Made by a program: the position numbers and the translations under genes
Shown: in pieces, positions 1 through 11,056 of the stretch
Position numbering within the stretch: position 1 is the stretch's first letter
Layout of the letters: every line of letters begins with the position of its first letter
DNA from: an uncultured Acidobacteriota bacterium
Lineage (GTDB): Bacteria > Acidobacteriota > UBA6911 > RPQK01 > JAPXNP01
Reading direction: 5' to 3'
Assembly: GCA_963777605.1 (NCBI GenBank)
Contig: CAVZRV010000007.1
Location: 1,087,914-1,151,913 of the forward strand
Length of the DNA: 64,000 bases
Notes under the pieces: generated by a model
The model's database searches: none
Told to the model about the DNA's origin: nothing
The model's input: the letters and a program-made list of their open reading frames with translations, nothing else

Positions 1-1652
1 AGCAGCTTCGGATCGGAGACACCGCCCTGAACCAGTTGATCCGCCAGTACGCCACTTCCTATGCGGCCAGGCAGATGGGCCTGGGCGTTGCTCCGGAGGA
101 ACTGGTTTCACAGATCTCTCGCCTGTTCCAGGAAAACGGTACGTTCATTGGAACCGAACGCTACAAGCAGATTCTGCGCTCGAACAACATGTCTTCCAAC
201 GAGTTCGAGGCAGCCATGAAGCGCGATCTGCTGGCCGAGAAATTTCGCGAAATCGTGACCGACGGTGTCATCGCCACGCCCTCGGAAATCAGGCAGCGAT
301 TTCTGGAGACCAACCAGAAAGTCAAGGTCGAGTACGTCAGTTTCGATCCTGCGAAGCTGGTTGCCGACAAGATTCCCGAAGACAAGCTGCAGCAGTACTA
401 CGACGAGCACAAAGAGGAATTCCGCGAGGACGAGCAGCGACAGGTCACTCTGCTGACAGTCTACGTCAAGCCGACCGACGTCAAGGTAACCGAGGATCAG
501 ATTCAGGCCGAGTTGGCGAACATTCCCAACGAAGAGCAGGTTCACGCCCGGCACATTCTGATCCGGACCGATCCAACCCCCTCCGAGGAGGAGTTGGCCG
601 CCGCCCGCAAGAAAGCGGAGGACATTCTGAAGCAGTTGCACCAGGGTGCTGACTTTGCCGAGATGGCGCGCAAGTACTCGGATGACACGGCAAGCGCTGC
701 CAAGGGAGGCGACCTGGGTTTCTTCGGGCGCGGTCAGATGGTTCCGGAGTTCGAGAAGGTGGCCTTCAGTCTCAAGCCCGGGCAGATCAGCGACGTCATC
801 AAGTCCCCATTCGGCTTCCACATTATCCAGACGCTGGCCATCTCGGGCCAGGGAGACACGACGCGGCGTCCCGCTGCCGAGTTCAATGCCCGGCTGAAGG
901 AAGCTCAGAAGGAAACCGTGGCTCTGGCCGGCAAAATTGAGCAGGAACTGAAGGATGGTAAATCGCTCGAGGAAGTGGCGAAGGAGCATTCCTTCGAGAC
1001 CGTCAATAGCGGGTTCTTCACCCGGGCCGACGGCCTGACCATGATCGGTGGAGGCCGGGCGTTGACGGACCAGATTTTCAACCTCTCCGTCGGCGGTGTT
1101 ACTCCGCCCCAGGAAACGGCGGCCGGCGATACCATCGCCCGCCTCGACGATATCAAGGCTTCAAGCATTCCGCCTTTGGCCGAGATCAAGGAGCAGGTGA
1201 TCGAGCAGTACAGGCAGCAGGAGGGGAACTCGATGGCCCGGGAGAAGGCCTTTGATTTCTTCCACGCTGCCGAAAAGACGAAATCGCTTGACGAAACTGC
1301 CAAACAGGAAAAGCTTCCTTCGGTGAAGACCGATTTCTTCACCAAGGGCGCCAACGTGGACGACACCTTGCGCTTTTCGCCGGAAGTTCACGAGCAGGCC
1401 TTCACGCTCCCCGTCGGCGGGATCAGTACTCCGATCCTGGTTGCGGGGAAGTACGTTGTCTTCGAAGTCCTGGAAAAGAGTGAAGTCAACGAGGCCGATT
1501 TCGAAACGGCCAAGGCGCAACTGGCTGAACAGTTGACCAACGAGAAGCGGACGGAGTTCTTCAACGCGTACGTACAGAACGTGGTGGACAAGCTCCAGAG
1601 CGAACAAAAGATCGTGATCAACCGCCAACTGCTCGACGACCTGACCAGCTAG
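1..1652 (+). CDS. SurA/PpiD-like periplasmic peptidyl-prolyl isomerase/chaperone (5' end outside window)
   Basis: Parvulin motifs HARHILI, DFAEMARKYSDD..SA.KGGDLGFF, MVPEFEKVAF, SPFGFHII; SurA_N-like region upstream; frame is open from the window start. Confidence 0.9.
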   Translation, partial: QLRIGDTALNQLIRQYATSYAARQMGLGVAPEELVSQISRLFQENGTFIGTERYKQILRSNNMSSNEFEAAMKRDLLAEKFREIVTDGVIATPSEIRQRFLETNQKVKVEYVSFDPAKLVADKIPEDKLQQYYDEHKEEFREDEQRQVTLLTVYVKPTDVKVTEDQIQAELANIPNEEQVHARHILIRTDPTPSEEELAAARKKAEDILKQLHQGADFAEMARKYSDDTASAAKGGDLGFFGRGQMVPEFEKVAFSLKPGQISDVIKSPFGFHIIQTLAISGQGDTTRRPAAEFNARLKEAQKETVALAGKIEQELKDGKSLEEVAKEHSFETVNSGFFTRADGLTMIGGGRALTDQIFNLSVGGVTPPQETAAGDTIARLDDIKASSIPPLAEIKEQVIEQYRQQEGNSMAREKAFDFFHAAEKTKSLDETAKQEKLPSVKTDFFTKGANVDDTLRFSPEVHEQAFTLPVGGISTPILVAGKYVVFEVLEKSEVNEADFETAKAQLAEQLTNEKRTEFFNAYVQNVVDKLQSEQKIVINRQLLDDLTS

Positions 1653-1678
1653 CCGGCGACGAACGGTTCTCAAATCGG

Positions 1679-1712
1679 CAGACTCCCCGGTTTGCTCAAG
1701 CTGGGGAGTTTG
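1679..1712 (+). terminator. Stem-loop after the PpiD-like gene (overlaps a possible tRNA promoter)
   Basis: cagactccccgg...ctggggagtttg inverted repeat; TTGCTC-18nt-TAGACT overlaps it. Confidence 0.45.
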
Positions 1713-1740
1713 CGGTAGACTCTTGATTCTTCGATTGCGT

Positions 1741-1816
1741 GGGGCTGTAGCTCAGCTGGAAGAGTACCTGAATGGCATTCAGGGGGCCACGGGTTCGAAT
1801 CCCGTCAGCTCCACCA
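1741..1816 (+). tRNA. tRNA-Ala(GGC)
   Basis: Acceptor GGGGCTG/CAGCTCC with G3:U70 pair, anticodon arm CCTGA-ATGGCAT-TCAGG, T-loop GTTCGAATC, encoded CCA. Confidence 0.97.
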
Positions 1817-1956
1817 ACCTGTTCAATAGTTTACGGTGACAACCCCAACCCACCAAAAGTCACCGGGTGCGGATAGGGAGCAGGCAGCAGAATTGTACAG
1901 AAAGTCGGCGGTGCAGGGCATCCTTGCGCACAACAGGTGCATGCGGATTTACGACT

Positions 1957-4542
1957 CTAGAACCGAACGGAATGTTTCCCTGTTGACAGTACACCGGCGC
2001 CCGAGGTTGTGGGAAAGTTCAATCGAACCTGAATCCCTTCCGGCACTTCCACCTGGAGGTGGCCCTCCTTCAGGTTCCACCGCACGGACAACCTGCCGGC
2101 AGGAGTCGGCAGGGAGCCCTCGATCTCGCTGAGACCGCACTCCGGACGCGAAAGTTCGACCTCCCTCAAGCCGGGTTTCAGGGGGCGGATACCCAAGACA
2201 TATTGACCGAACAGTGCGGGCGGGAAGGCACTCTCCGTCTGCGCGTCGCTGCGGGTGCGCTTCACGAACCTGCCGGTTCGGCCGGTGCCGTCGAGCCACC
2301 ACTCCTCCCAAAGCGTCTGATTGGTTTCAGGAAGCAGCATCTTGCCGAAGCGCTTCTCGAGCAGAGCCAGCGATTCCTTCACAAAGCCGTATCGGCACAA
2401 CCCGGCATGGAGGAACCAGGACATGGCGGGAGTCACCATGGTCATTCCACCGTCACGCCGGATGTAACTGCCGTCATCATCCAGGAGCAGTTGAGCGGCG
2501 ATCGCTCTGGCCTGCTCGCCGGTCGCAATTCCCATCGCGAGTGCCATGGCATTGGTCTGCTCACTGAACATGCCAGACTGCTTCTGATCAACCAGTGCAT
2601 CGCTGAAGAGTTGTCTTTCCGGGTTCCAGAACTTCTCTCGAAGAGCCTGGCGCAATCTCCCCGCCCTGAATCTGAATTCGTCCGCCCCCGACTCCTCCAG
2701 CCATTCGAGCAGATCAGCAAAGCTCTCCAGTGCTCCCAGGTACTGTCCGTTCATACAGAAGTTGGCGCCGCGCCGGTCGATCAGTGCATGGTCCAGCCAG
2801 TAGGGATAGGGCGGGTTGTCGAGCAGCCCCAGTTCATTCGTGTAGGCGATCAACAGGGACATCAGCTTCCGTCCGGCGGGGAGCAACTCCCGGGCAATCG
2901 CGTCGTCGCCGGAATAGAGCAGATAGTCCCGCAGCCCGCGAAGCCAGGCCGTGTTCGAATCCAGGATGACCATGTAATCGTCCCCAAAGCGGGGAGCGTA
3001 AGCCGGCATCATGCCATTGGCTTCCTGTTCCTCGGCCGCCTGTTTCAAACAGCGGCGTTGCAGGGCCAGATCTCCATAGGTCCAGTAATTGCCCAAGGCG
3101 GCGTAGTAGGCGGTCTGCACGTACTGTCGGCGTTCCCGATAGTTGTCCGTGTAAGCGTCGGTTGTGCAGACTTGAATCGTTTTTGCAGCCGCCTTCCAGC
3201 AGGCTTCAAGCCATGGGTTTCCCGGCGTTCGAAGACTCCCTTTCAGATCAAAGGGATAGGCCATCTGATGGATTCCGATCTCACGCAGGGTCACCGGACC
3301 GGTGGCTCCGCGGATAACGATGCCCATAAAACGTGTCGGCTTGAAATAGGTAGCCTCCCACCGGTCCCGCCTTCCGGAGAGAACGACGCGGTCGATCCAT
3401 TGCGAATCGACGATGTTGGCGGTGAACCGATCACCAACGATGTAAGGCCCACACATCACGTCAACGACTGTACCCGCCGGCCCCTCGATGTCGAGCCTCG
3501 GCATCCCGTTGAGGACAGTTCCCAGGTCATAAAGCAGAAACCAGCCTTCGCCACGAGCGGGTGGAATCACCAGGGAGCCGCTTCTGTCGAATGCCTGCTG
3601 GATGGCCGGGTCGATCCGACTGGTCAGGGCCACTGCCTTGATGATTCTGATCCCGTCTTTCTCCGGCATGCCAAATTCGAAAGCCTCGTCGGCAATCGGC
3701 AGGGCCTCGACCGGACGGGGAGTGGCCACATCCCGTTCTTTCAGGTAAGGAATATCGCGGCGCTCGAGCAGGGTCCAGGGCGGAGTCAGAGCGTGCGGTT
3801 TCGAGTCGGGCTGGGGAGCAGGCCAGCCGACGTTACGCATCAAAGGGGTAGCCCGATCCCACCCGGAATCATCATATCCGATGGATTTCCAATCCCCCGG
3901 CCGTCGACGCAGATCCACCCGGTCACACAGTTCCGGGTGAAAACGGCTCATGCGCGGCGAAGACGCATCCCAGGCCGGGTCTGCCAGGACCCGCCAACTT
4001 CGATCCGTGGCGATCGTCTTTTCCAGACCACCCAAATCCACATCCAGTTGGGCCAGCAGACCGGCCCGGCCGCTATGATGGTACGAGACCGTACCCTCCT
4101 GGTAATGCACACGGACCGCCAGGGTGTTGCGGCCTTCCCTGAGTTCCTGCGTGACGTCAATATCATCGTAAGACTGATGGTGCGGGGCACAGCGCGCCGG
4201 ACCGCGGCCGACGTAGCGGTCATTGACGTAAAGCTGGTAAACGGAGCTGGCTGTGATCCGAAGGCGGGCCGTTTCGGGAGCCTGGTGAAGCGTGAACTCG
4301 CGACGGGCGAGCAGCATCGAAGGTGCGGGTTCCCCGCCGAGCCAGATCCACTGGGCCAGCCAGCCTTCCTGCTTTACTTCAGTTTCTTGCTGGGCCTGCG
4401 CAGGCTCTGACCCACGGGTTCCTGCGGTCAGAAAAAGCAGCAGGAAGGAGCCGGCTAAAGCTTTGGTGCCACGAAGCAAGGCGTTCACGTTTGAACTCCT
4501 CCGTCTCGGCACGAAGGCATGTCCGGTACGAAGCTCCGTCAT
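1957..4542 (-). CDS. Secreted GH78 alpha-L-rhamnosidase-like glycoside hydrolase
   Basis: Signal-like hydrophobic N-region; WIW..ARREF, ARLRITASSVYQLYVN..VGRGP (rhamnosidase N-domain); TD...RERRQY; TLWEEW; GSLPTPAG.LSVRW C-terminus. Exact start uncertain. Confidence 0.85.
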   Translation of the reverse strand: MTELRTGHAFVPRRRSSNVNALLRGTKALAGSFLLLFLTAGTRGSEPAQAQQETEVKQEGWLAQWIWLGGEPAPSMLLARREFTLHQAPETARLRITASSVYQLYVNDRYVGRGPARCAPHHQSYDDIDVTQELREGRNTLAVRVHYQEGTVSYHHSGRAGLLAQLDVDLGGLEKTIATDRSWRVLADPAWDASSPRMSRFHPELCDRVDLRRRPGDWKSIGYDDSGWDRATPLMRNVGWPAPQPDSKPHALTPPWTLLERRDIPYLKERDVATPRPVEALPIADEAFEFGMPEKDGIRIIKAVALTSRIDPAIQQAFDRSGSLVIPPARGEGWFLLYDLGTVLNGMPRLDIEGPAGTVVDVMCGPYIVGDRFTANIVDSQWIDRVVLSGRRDRWEATYFKPTRFMGIVIRGATGPVTLREIGIHQMAYPFDLKGSLRTPGNPWLEACWKAAAKTIQVCTTDAYTDNYRERRQYVQTAYYAALGNYWTYGDLALQRRCLKQAAEEQEANGMMPAYAPRFGDDYMVILDSNTAWLRGLRDYLLYSGDDAIARELLPAGRKLMSLLIAYTNELGLLDNPPYPYWLDHALIDRRGANFCMNGQYLGALESFADLLEWLEESGADEFRFRAGRLRQALREKFWNPERQLFSDALVDQKQSGMFSEQTNAMALAMGIATGEQARAIAAQLLLDDDGSYIRRDGGMTMVTPAMSWFLHAGLCRYGFVKESLALLEKRFGKMLLPETNQTLWEEWWLDGTGRTGRFVKRTRSDAQTESAFPPALFGQYVLGIRPLKPGLREVELSRPECGLSEIEGSLPTPAGRLSVRWNLKEGHLQVEVPEGIQVRLNFPTTSGAGVLSTGKHSVRF

Positions 4543-4621
4543 GAACGTTTTCCTCCTGCAGGGGAGACTACCCTATTCTTGTGCGGTTGTGCCATGCTGC
4601 AGAAGAAGGAGATCCGACAAG

Positions 4622-4870
4622 ATGGGACTGAACCGCTTCAGACGGGCTGTGATAGGAATCGTGGTTGCCGGTTTGGTGTTTTGCGCGGCTCCAGCGGAAA
4701 GGAGGGACTCACCGCAAACGATGTCACTCGACGGGGTCTGGGAGATCGCCTTTGACCCGGACAACGTCGGACGGCGTGCAGGCTGGAGCGATGACGCCGT
4801 CTTTGCGTCCTTTGCCGGTCGACGGCGGATCCCTGTCCCAATCTGTTGGGAACTTCACGAGGCCGGTTGA
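4622..4870 (+). pseudogene. 5' fragment of a secreted GH2-like glycoside hydrolase
   Basis: Signal peptide followed by SLDGVWEIAFDP..G...W...IPVP..W (GH2 N-terminal signature); stops after 82 aa. Confidence 0.6.
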
Positions 4871-4899
4871 TTCAGGACCGCGCGTGTCGAGCGGAAGCT

Positions 4900-6246
4900 T
4901 CAACAACCGGGACCGGATTTCCCTGCGTGCGGGTGTAACGGCAGGATCAGTCGGGCTTCACAACCCGGGCCGTCGTTGCGGTTATCAAGTGTCATACTGC
5001 CGCCGTGGGTTTCAACAATCTGACGCGACACTACCAATCCGATTCCGGAACCATTGGGCTTCGTAGTAAAGAACGGTACAAAAAGATTACCCGTACTGGG
5101 CAAGCCGGGGCCCTCGTCCTTAACGGAGATTTCAACAGAACGCCCGTCAACCCTCCAGCTGACTTCAACGCCTCCGCCGGTTTCAATCGCAGCATCGACG
5201 GCATTCCGGATCAGATTGATCAACACCTGCTCAATCTGGTCTGCATCAGCGAGGACGGACACGGAAGGCCCGGGTGAGATCGCAACCTTGATTCGTGTCT
5301 CAAGCTCGGTGGCGGAGCGAACGCACGAAGCGAGGTCCATCTTGCCGAGCTGAGGTCGGGGCAGACGGGCCAGTTTGGAATAGGACGCCGTGAACCGACC
5401 CAGGGCTGCCGTTCGAGAGGCGATCACCTGGAGTCCACGCCGCATGTCCGCTTTCCATGCATCGGGATGCTCATTCTGGGACAACATCTTTTCGAGGCTG
5501 CCCGCGATTGACTTAATTGGAGTCAGTGAGTTGTTGAGCTCGTGCCCAAGGACCCGGATCAGACGTTGCCAGGCCTCCCGTTCCTGTTCTCGCAGCGGAC
5601 CACTCATGTCGGAGAGAACGAGCAACTCATGCGGCCGCCCCTTTTCGCGGAAGATCGTTCGATGGACGGCCCACCGTCCACGTCTCCCGGCGAACTCCCT
5701 GTCCAGAGTTGAGAGCGGTTGAGCGGTGAGGCAATCCTCCAACTGGACGTCAGCAGCGCTTCGACCAAGGACATCTATTGCCGATTTGAGGAGCAGTCTT
5801 TCCCCTGCGGGATTGATCAGACGCAGGCGCCGGTGAGCGTCAAAAGCGAACACCGCCACATCGATTTCATTCATCACCTTCTTGAGCAGGGCCCCCGCTT
5901 CGACAGCGCCAAGACGTTCGCGATGCAGCGTATCGCTCAAGGTATTCAGTTCCCGCACAAGTTCGGTGAGCCCTGATCCTTTCCGCGCAGAACGAGGGCG
6001 AACTGAAAAATCCCCTTCCCGGAGAGCCGCGATAATGTTGGAAAGGGTTTGCATTTCAAAGATCACACGGCCTCTAACCGCGACCGGGAGGCCGACCCAG
6101 AGCCCCAGGATCAGCAGGGTTAAAGTCCACCGGGATTCGATCGTATAGCCTCCTGTCCAGAGCAGGGCAATTGAGACAACTGCGGCGGGAAGTCCGGCTG
6201 CCAGTGCGAGGAGGAAGAGGCGGGATTCGAAGGTCGGTTTCTTCAC
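4900..6246 (-). CDS. Sensor histidine kinase (NtrY-like; PAS + HisKA + HATPase)
   Basis: Two TM segments, AWQRLIRVLGHELNNSLTP H-box, INLIRNA N-box, DEGPG and GSGIGL G-boxes; start overlaps the regulator stop. Confidence 0.93.
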   Translation of the reverse strand: MKKPTFESRLFLLALAAGLPAAVVSIALLWTGGYTIESRWTLTLLILGLWVGLPVAVRGRVIFEMQTLSNIIAALREGDFSVRPRSARKGSGLTELVRELNTLSDTLHRERLGAVEAGALLKKVMNEIDVAVFAFDAHRRLRLINPAGERLLLKSAIDVLGRSAADVQLEDCLTAQPLSTLDREFAGRRGRWAVHRTIFREKGRPHELLVLSDMSGPLREQEREAWQRLIRVLGHELNNSLTPIKSIAGSLEKMLSQNEHPDAWKADMRRGLQVIASRTAALGRFTASYSKLARLPRPQLGKMDLASCVRSATELETRIKVAISPGPSVSVLADADQIEQVLINLIRNAVDAAIETGGGVEVSWRVDGRSVEISVKDEGPGLPSTGNLFVPFFTTKPNGSGIGLVVSRQIVETHGGSMTLDNRNDGPGCEARLILPLHPHAGKSGPGC

Positions 6247-7613
6247 AGTCCGTACTTTTCCATCCGACGGTAAAGTGCACTACGGCTCAGGCCCAGCGAC
6301 TCGGCGGCTTCACTGACGTTTCCATTCGTTCGTTTCAGGACTCTCGAAATGACGAGACGCTCCGCTTTCTCGAGAGTCATCTCCTCCAGTCTTTCCAGCT
6401 TCTCTTCCCCGCCGACAAGCCCAAGCTCGTCGGCATGAATCACCTCGCCGCGGGCCATCAAGATGGTCCGTTCCACGACGTGATCGAGTTCACGCACATT
6501 CCCGGGCCAGGAGTATCTCGTCAATTCATTCAGCGCCGGTCTGTCGAACCTCGCCGCGCCTTTCTGATACTTCTGCGAATACTGGCCCAAGAAGTGCGTC
6601 GCAAGGCGCGGAATGTCTTCTCGTCGATCCCGCAGCGGTGGCAGGTGGATGTTCACGGTATTCAAGCGAAACAACAGATCTTCCCGGAATCGTCCTTCAC
6701 GGACGGCTGTCTTCAGGTCGGCGTTCGTTGCCGAAATAATGCGGGTGTTTACCCGAATCGTCCTGGAGGAACCAACCCGCTCCATCTCGCCTGTTTCCAA
6801 TACTCTGAGGAGGTTGGCCTGCTGGCTCATGGGAATATTGGCGATTTCATCCAGGAAGAGGGTCCCCTGGTCGGCAAGTTCGAATCGGCCGACCCGGTCC
6901 GTCCTGGCGTCGGTAAAGGCCCCTTTGACATGTCCGAAGAGTTCACTCAGGAAGAGGGTCTCGGAAAGACCACCGAGATTGACCGTAATCAACGGCCGAG
7001 AAGCTCGCTGAGACGCCGCATGGAGTGCTCGTGCGATCACTTCCTTTCCCGTCCCGTGTTCGCCGGTGATCAGGACATTGGCGTCAGAGGGGCCAACCCG
7101 GTCAATGAGGGCCAGAACCGGTTGCATGGCAGGCGAGCTCGCAATCAGAGTGACCGGCTGCTCGGAACGAAGCAACGCGTTCTCCGCCTCGAGACGAAGC
7201 CCCTGACGCAGTGCCTGGCAAAGTTCCACCTGGGTCCTCAAAACGGAAAGCAAACGCTCGTTGTCCCAGGGTTTCTGGATGAAATCCCGGGCCCCAAAAC
7301 GCATCGCTTCGACTGCTACCTCTACGCTGCCCCAGGCTGTCATCACAACCACCGGAAGTGTACTGTCCAGCGCTTGGAGCTTGGCCAGCAGGTCCAGCCC
7401 CTCACGCCCGGACGTAGTGTCCCTTGCGTAATTGAGGTCCATCAGGACGACGTCGAAATCCTTGCTTTTGACCGCTTCCAGGACCGCCCGAGGAGACTGG
7501 ACCCCTTCAATCTGATACTCCTCCGACCGGAGGAGCAGACGAAGGGATTCCAGGACGTCCACCTGGTCATCGGCAAGCAATATACGGGGCTCGGACGCGC
7601 CACGAGTAGTCAT
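6243..7613 (-). CDS. Sigma54-dependent response regulator (NtrC family)
   Basis: Receiver domain (LLADD, LMD), GEHGTGKE, ELFGHVKGAFTDA, LFLDEI, WPGNVREL, Fis HTH. Confidence 0.95.
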   Translation of the reverse strand: MTTRGASEPRILLADDQVDVLESLRLLLRSEEYQIEGVQSPRAVLEAVKSKDFDVVLMDLNYARDTTSGREGLDLLAKLQALDSTLPVVVMTAWGSVEVAVEAMRFGARDFIQKPWDNERLLSVLRTQVELCQALRQGLRLEAENALLRSEQPVTLIASSPAMQPVLALIDRVGPSDANVLITGEHGTGKEVIARALHAASQRASRPLITVNLGGLSETLFLSELFGHVKGAFTDARTDRVGRFELADQGTLFLDEIANIPMSQQANLLRVLETGEMERVGSSRTIRVNTRIISATNADLKTAVREGRFREDLLFRLNTVNIHLPPLRDRREDIPRLATHFLGQYSQKYQKGAARFDRPALNELTRYSWPGNVRELDHVVERTILMARGEVIHADELGLVGGEEKLERLEEMTLEKAERLVISRVLKRTNGNVSEAAESLGLSRSALYRRMEKYGL

Positions 7614-7727
7614 GACCTTCCGCCATCAACATTACACCGCAGGTCACCGTTTTGCGAGACCATCAGCCGCTCTCCAGCCAGCCGTCCCGCAAGGGGATCA
7701 TGCGGTTGCCGAAGGGCAGATTTCAGA

Positions 7728-10217
7728 TCATTCATTGCGCAAAGCTTCCAGAGGATCGATGCGGGCGGCCCGCCGGGCCGGGATGCAGGCGGCGGCGATG
7801 GCAGTGGCAAGCAGAACAGCTGCTCCTGCCGCATAGGTCAGCGGATCCCGGGTGCTGACCTCGAAGAGTTGACTCTCCAGAAGACGAGTCCCGGCGTAAG
7901 CGCAGCCGACTCCGACGACGAGACCCGGAACGACAAGGGCAAGACCCCGGGCGAGGACGCTGCGAATCACATCAAGACGGCTCCCTCCGAGGGCCATCCT
8001 GATCCCGATCTCCCGCGTCCGGCGGCCCACGTTGAAGGCCAGGACGCCATAGATCCCGATGATCGCCAGCACCAATGCTGTCCCGGCGAAGCAGGTGAAC
8101 AGATTGCCGTTGAATCGGCGGTCTGCCGTCGACGCGTCGATCCTTTCCGAGAGGACTCGAATATCCCGGATCGTGGTACGGGGAAGAGCGGAAGTGATGG
8201 CGGTCCGAACTGAGTTGGCTGCGGCCAACGGTTCGAGTTTTGTGCGCACGACCAGGTGCAGTCCAAGGGGAATCGGCCATTGATTCAGCGGAAGGTAGAA
8301 TTCCGTCGATTCACCCTGGTCGAGGCCCATTTGCACGGTGTTGCCGACTATGCCGACAACTTCGACCGTGGGCAGGCCCAGGCCCGGAGGACCCATGTGA
8401 AAACGTTTGCCGATCGGATCCTCTCCCGGCCAAAAACGCTCCGACATTTTCCGACTGATCAAGCCGGAGATCGTAAAGTCCTTGAAGAGGGCACCCAGAT
8501 TGTCTGGCGTCAGGACTGCACCCTCGGGCAAGGACGTACTCCGGCTCGGTTCCGTCGAAAAGGTGCCCTCGCAGGAGGGGAATCCCCATGGCTCGAAAGT
8601 AGCCCGGGCTGACCGAATGGGAGTGGGCGTAAGGAAATTGACCTGCCGCCGGCGTAGGTTGATCCTCACGGTAAAAGGAAAGGGTGCTGGAGCGCCCGGT
8701 GAAGGGAAGGTCCGAGGCCACTGCCGCCACATCGACCTCCGGCAAATGCTCGACCGAGGCGATAACCCTCTCGTAGTGTCGGGCGAAGCTTTGTGGATCC
8801 CGCTGGAACTGCTCGACGGGAGGTGCACCCACCTCGAGTGTGAGCACACGGCTCGCATCGTAGCCGGGATTGACCTCGAGCAGGTTCTGAAGGCTGCGGA
8901 TCAGGAGACCGGCGCCGACGAGCAGGATCAGAGCCAGCGCCACTTGGGCCACTACCAGTAGAGTCACTCATCCGGATGCGGCCGAACCAGGTGCGTCCCA
9001 GCCCTTCCCTTTGTTTAAGTGCCTCCGCCGGGCGCACGTGGGAAAGCTGCAACGCGGGCACCAGCCCGAAGCAGACCCCGGTCACGATCGTCAGGCCCAC
9101 GATGAAGAGGGCCATCCGCAGATCGAAGGATGCTGTCTCCAGAAACGACGCGCTGAATCTGTGTGGGCAGGAGCCGGCCAGCAAACCGGGTAGCCCCAGA
9201 CGCCAATCAAGGTTCCGGCGGCCTCCACCGGCGGTCGCGAGTACCAGGCTCTCGACGAGCAGTTGTCGCAAGAGTTGCAGGCCGGGATGCACCCAGCGAC
9301 GAGCGGATCGCCATCTCCCGCTCCCGCGCAAAGGAGCGGGCGAGGAGCATGTTGGCCACGTTGACGCAGGCAATGAGCAGGACCAGGACAACGGCTCCGA
9401 AGAGCAGGAATAGCTCAGTGCGTACGGAACCCGACATCCATTCACGCAGCGGCTCGACCTCCACGCCAACTCCCTTGTTCGCCTCGGCGATATTCATCGG
9501 AGAGGTGCGTGGCGATCAGTTTCAGGTTTGCCCGCGCCGCCTCCAGCGAGACTCCCGGCTCGAGACGCGCGATGACCTGGGTGTTGCTGCGATTCTGTCG
9601 TGTATCCAGGAAGAACTGGCGGGCAAAGGGTGCGATCGCCGTGATCAGATCGGTATTTCGGTAGAAGCGAAAACCGGGAGGCAGAATGCCGGCGACGGTA
9701 ATCGCTCTGGCCGTCAAGGACGATGGACCTTCCCACCAGGCTGGGATCATTTTCGAAGAAGCGCTCCCAGGCGCTATCCGTGACCCAGACTGCCCGTTCG
9801 GCGCCGACTCGGTCATCTTCCGACGTAAGACTTCGTCCTAAGGCAGGCCGGACATCCAGGACATCGAAAAAATCGGCGGAAACGTGGTCGACGGAGACAA
9901 TCTCCGAGCGTTCCCCGGTCTGGAGAGTACCGTCGGCTCCATGGAAGATGGCCAACCCGCTGAAAACCTCCTGCTGTTTGTGCCAGTCGAGAAAGTTCGG
10001 ATACGCGACCGATATCTCATTTCCTGACCTGTTGGTTTCGGAGACGTGCACGAGCCGGTCGGGTTCAGGATAGGGAAGCGTGTTCAGGAAGGCCGTATTG
10101 ATGAGGCTGAAAATGGCCGTGTTGGCGCCAATTCCGAGTCGCAAGCGAGAGCACCGCGATCGTGGTGAACCCGGGATTCCTGCTCAATTGACGAAGGGCA
10201 AACTTCAGATCGTTCAT
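7728..10217 (-). CDS. ADOP/MacB-type duplicated ABC permease, broken by several frameshifts
   Basis: MNDLKFALRQL..NPGFT, LGIGANTAIFSL, VLLIACVNVANMLLAR, VVAQVALALILLVGAGLLIRS, GIYGVLAF.V.RRTREIGIRMALG, PARRAARIDPLEALR spread over at least five ORF pieces. Confidence 0.88.
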
Positions 10218-10219
10218 AG

Positions 10220-11005
10220 GTAAGAGCCCTTGTTCTGTCTAACTGGATTCGGATTCGGTTGACGGACCCGAACCCGGAAACGTCGTGCGGATAGATCAGT
10301 TCCATCTCCGGCTTACAGGTCTCATCGACAATCTGACCGTCGAAGAGATGCACGGTACGTTCGGCATACTCGGCATACCGGGGATCGTGGGTAACCATGC
10401 AGACCGTCGCTCCTCCCTGGTGCAGTTCGAGAAGGAGATCCATGACGACCTGGCCATTACCCGAATCCAGATTCCCCGTCGGCTCATCGGCAAGAAGGAT
10501 CGAGGGATGCCCGACCAGGGCCCGTGCCACTGCAACGCGCTGCTGCTGACCGCCGGAAAGCTGGGCTGGATAGTGCCGGGCTCGATGCCCCATTCCGACT
10601 CGCTCCAACGCTTCCGCGACCCGCGCCTTTCGGTCGAGCCCCCGGCATCCCCCGGTAGGTCAAAGGTAGTTCGACGTTTTCGTAGACTGTCAGGTCGCCG
10701 ATGAGGTTGAATGCCTGGAAGACGAATCCGATTTCCCGGTTTCGCACCTTGGACCGTTGATAGGTCGATAACTCGGAGACCGACCTCTCCTTGAGGCGAT
10801 ACTCTCCCTCCGTCGGGGTATCGAGCAGGCCCATGAGAGACAACAGGGTTGACTTGCCGCAACCGGAAGGACCGGCAATGGTCACGAACTCGCCTTGATT
10901 GATCTCCAGGTAGATCTCGGAAAGGGCGTGCGTTTCAACCTCATCAGTGTAAAAGACCTTGGAAACGCTCTCCATGCGAATCAAAGGCTGTACGTTCTCG
11001 CTCAT
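10220..11005 (-). CDS. ABC transporter ATP-binding protein (LolD/MacB-like), frameshift near 10640; 3' end uncertain
   Basis: GPSGCGKST, IGFVFQAFNL in one frame; LSGGQQQRVAVARA, LLADEPTGNLD, VTHD in the next. Confidence 0.9.
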
Positions 11006-11056
11006 ACGGTTTCCTCTGCATCGGGCGACTTGAGGCCGCCTCTGTCATCTGGGTTA

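Noticed and set aside
2059-4410. 783 aa plus-strand ORF
   Set aside because: Antisense shadow of the GH78 gene, no motifs; typical of high-GC DNA
6171-8213. 680 aa plus-strand ORF
   Set aside because: Antisense to the NtrC regulator and permease
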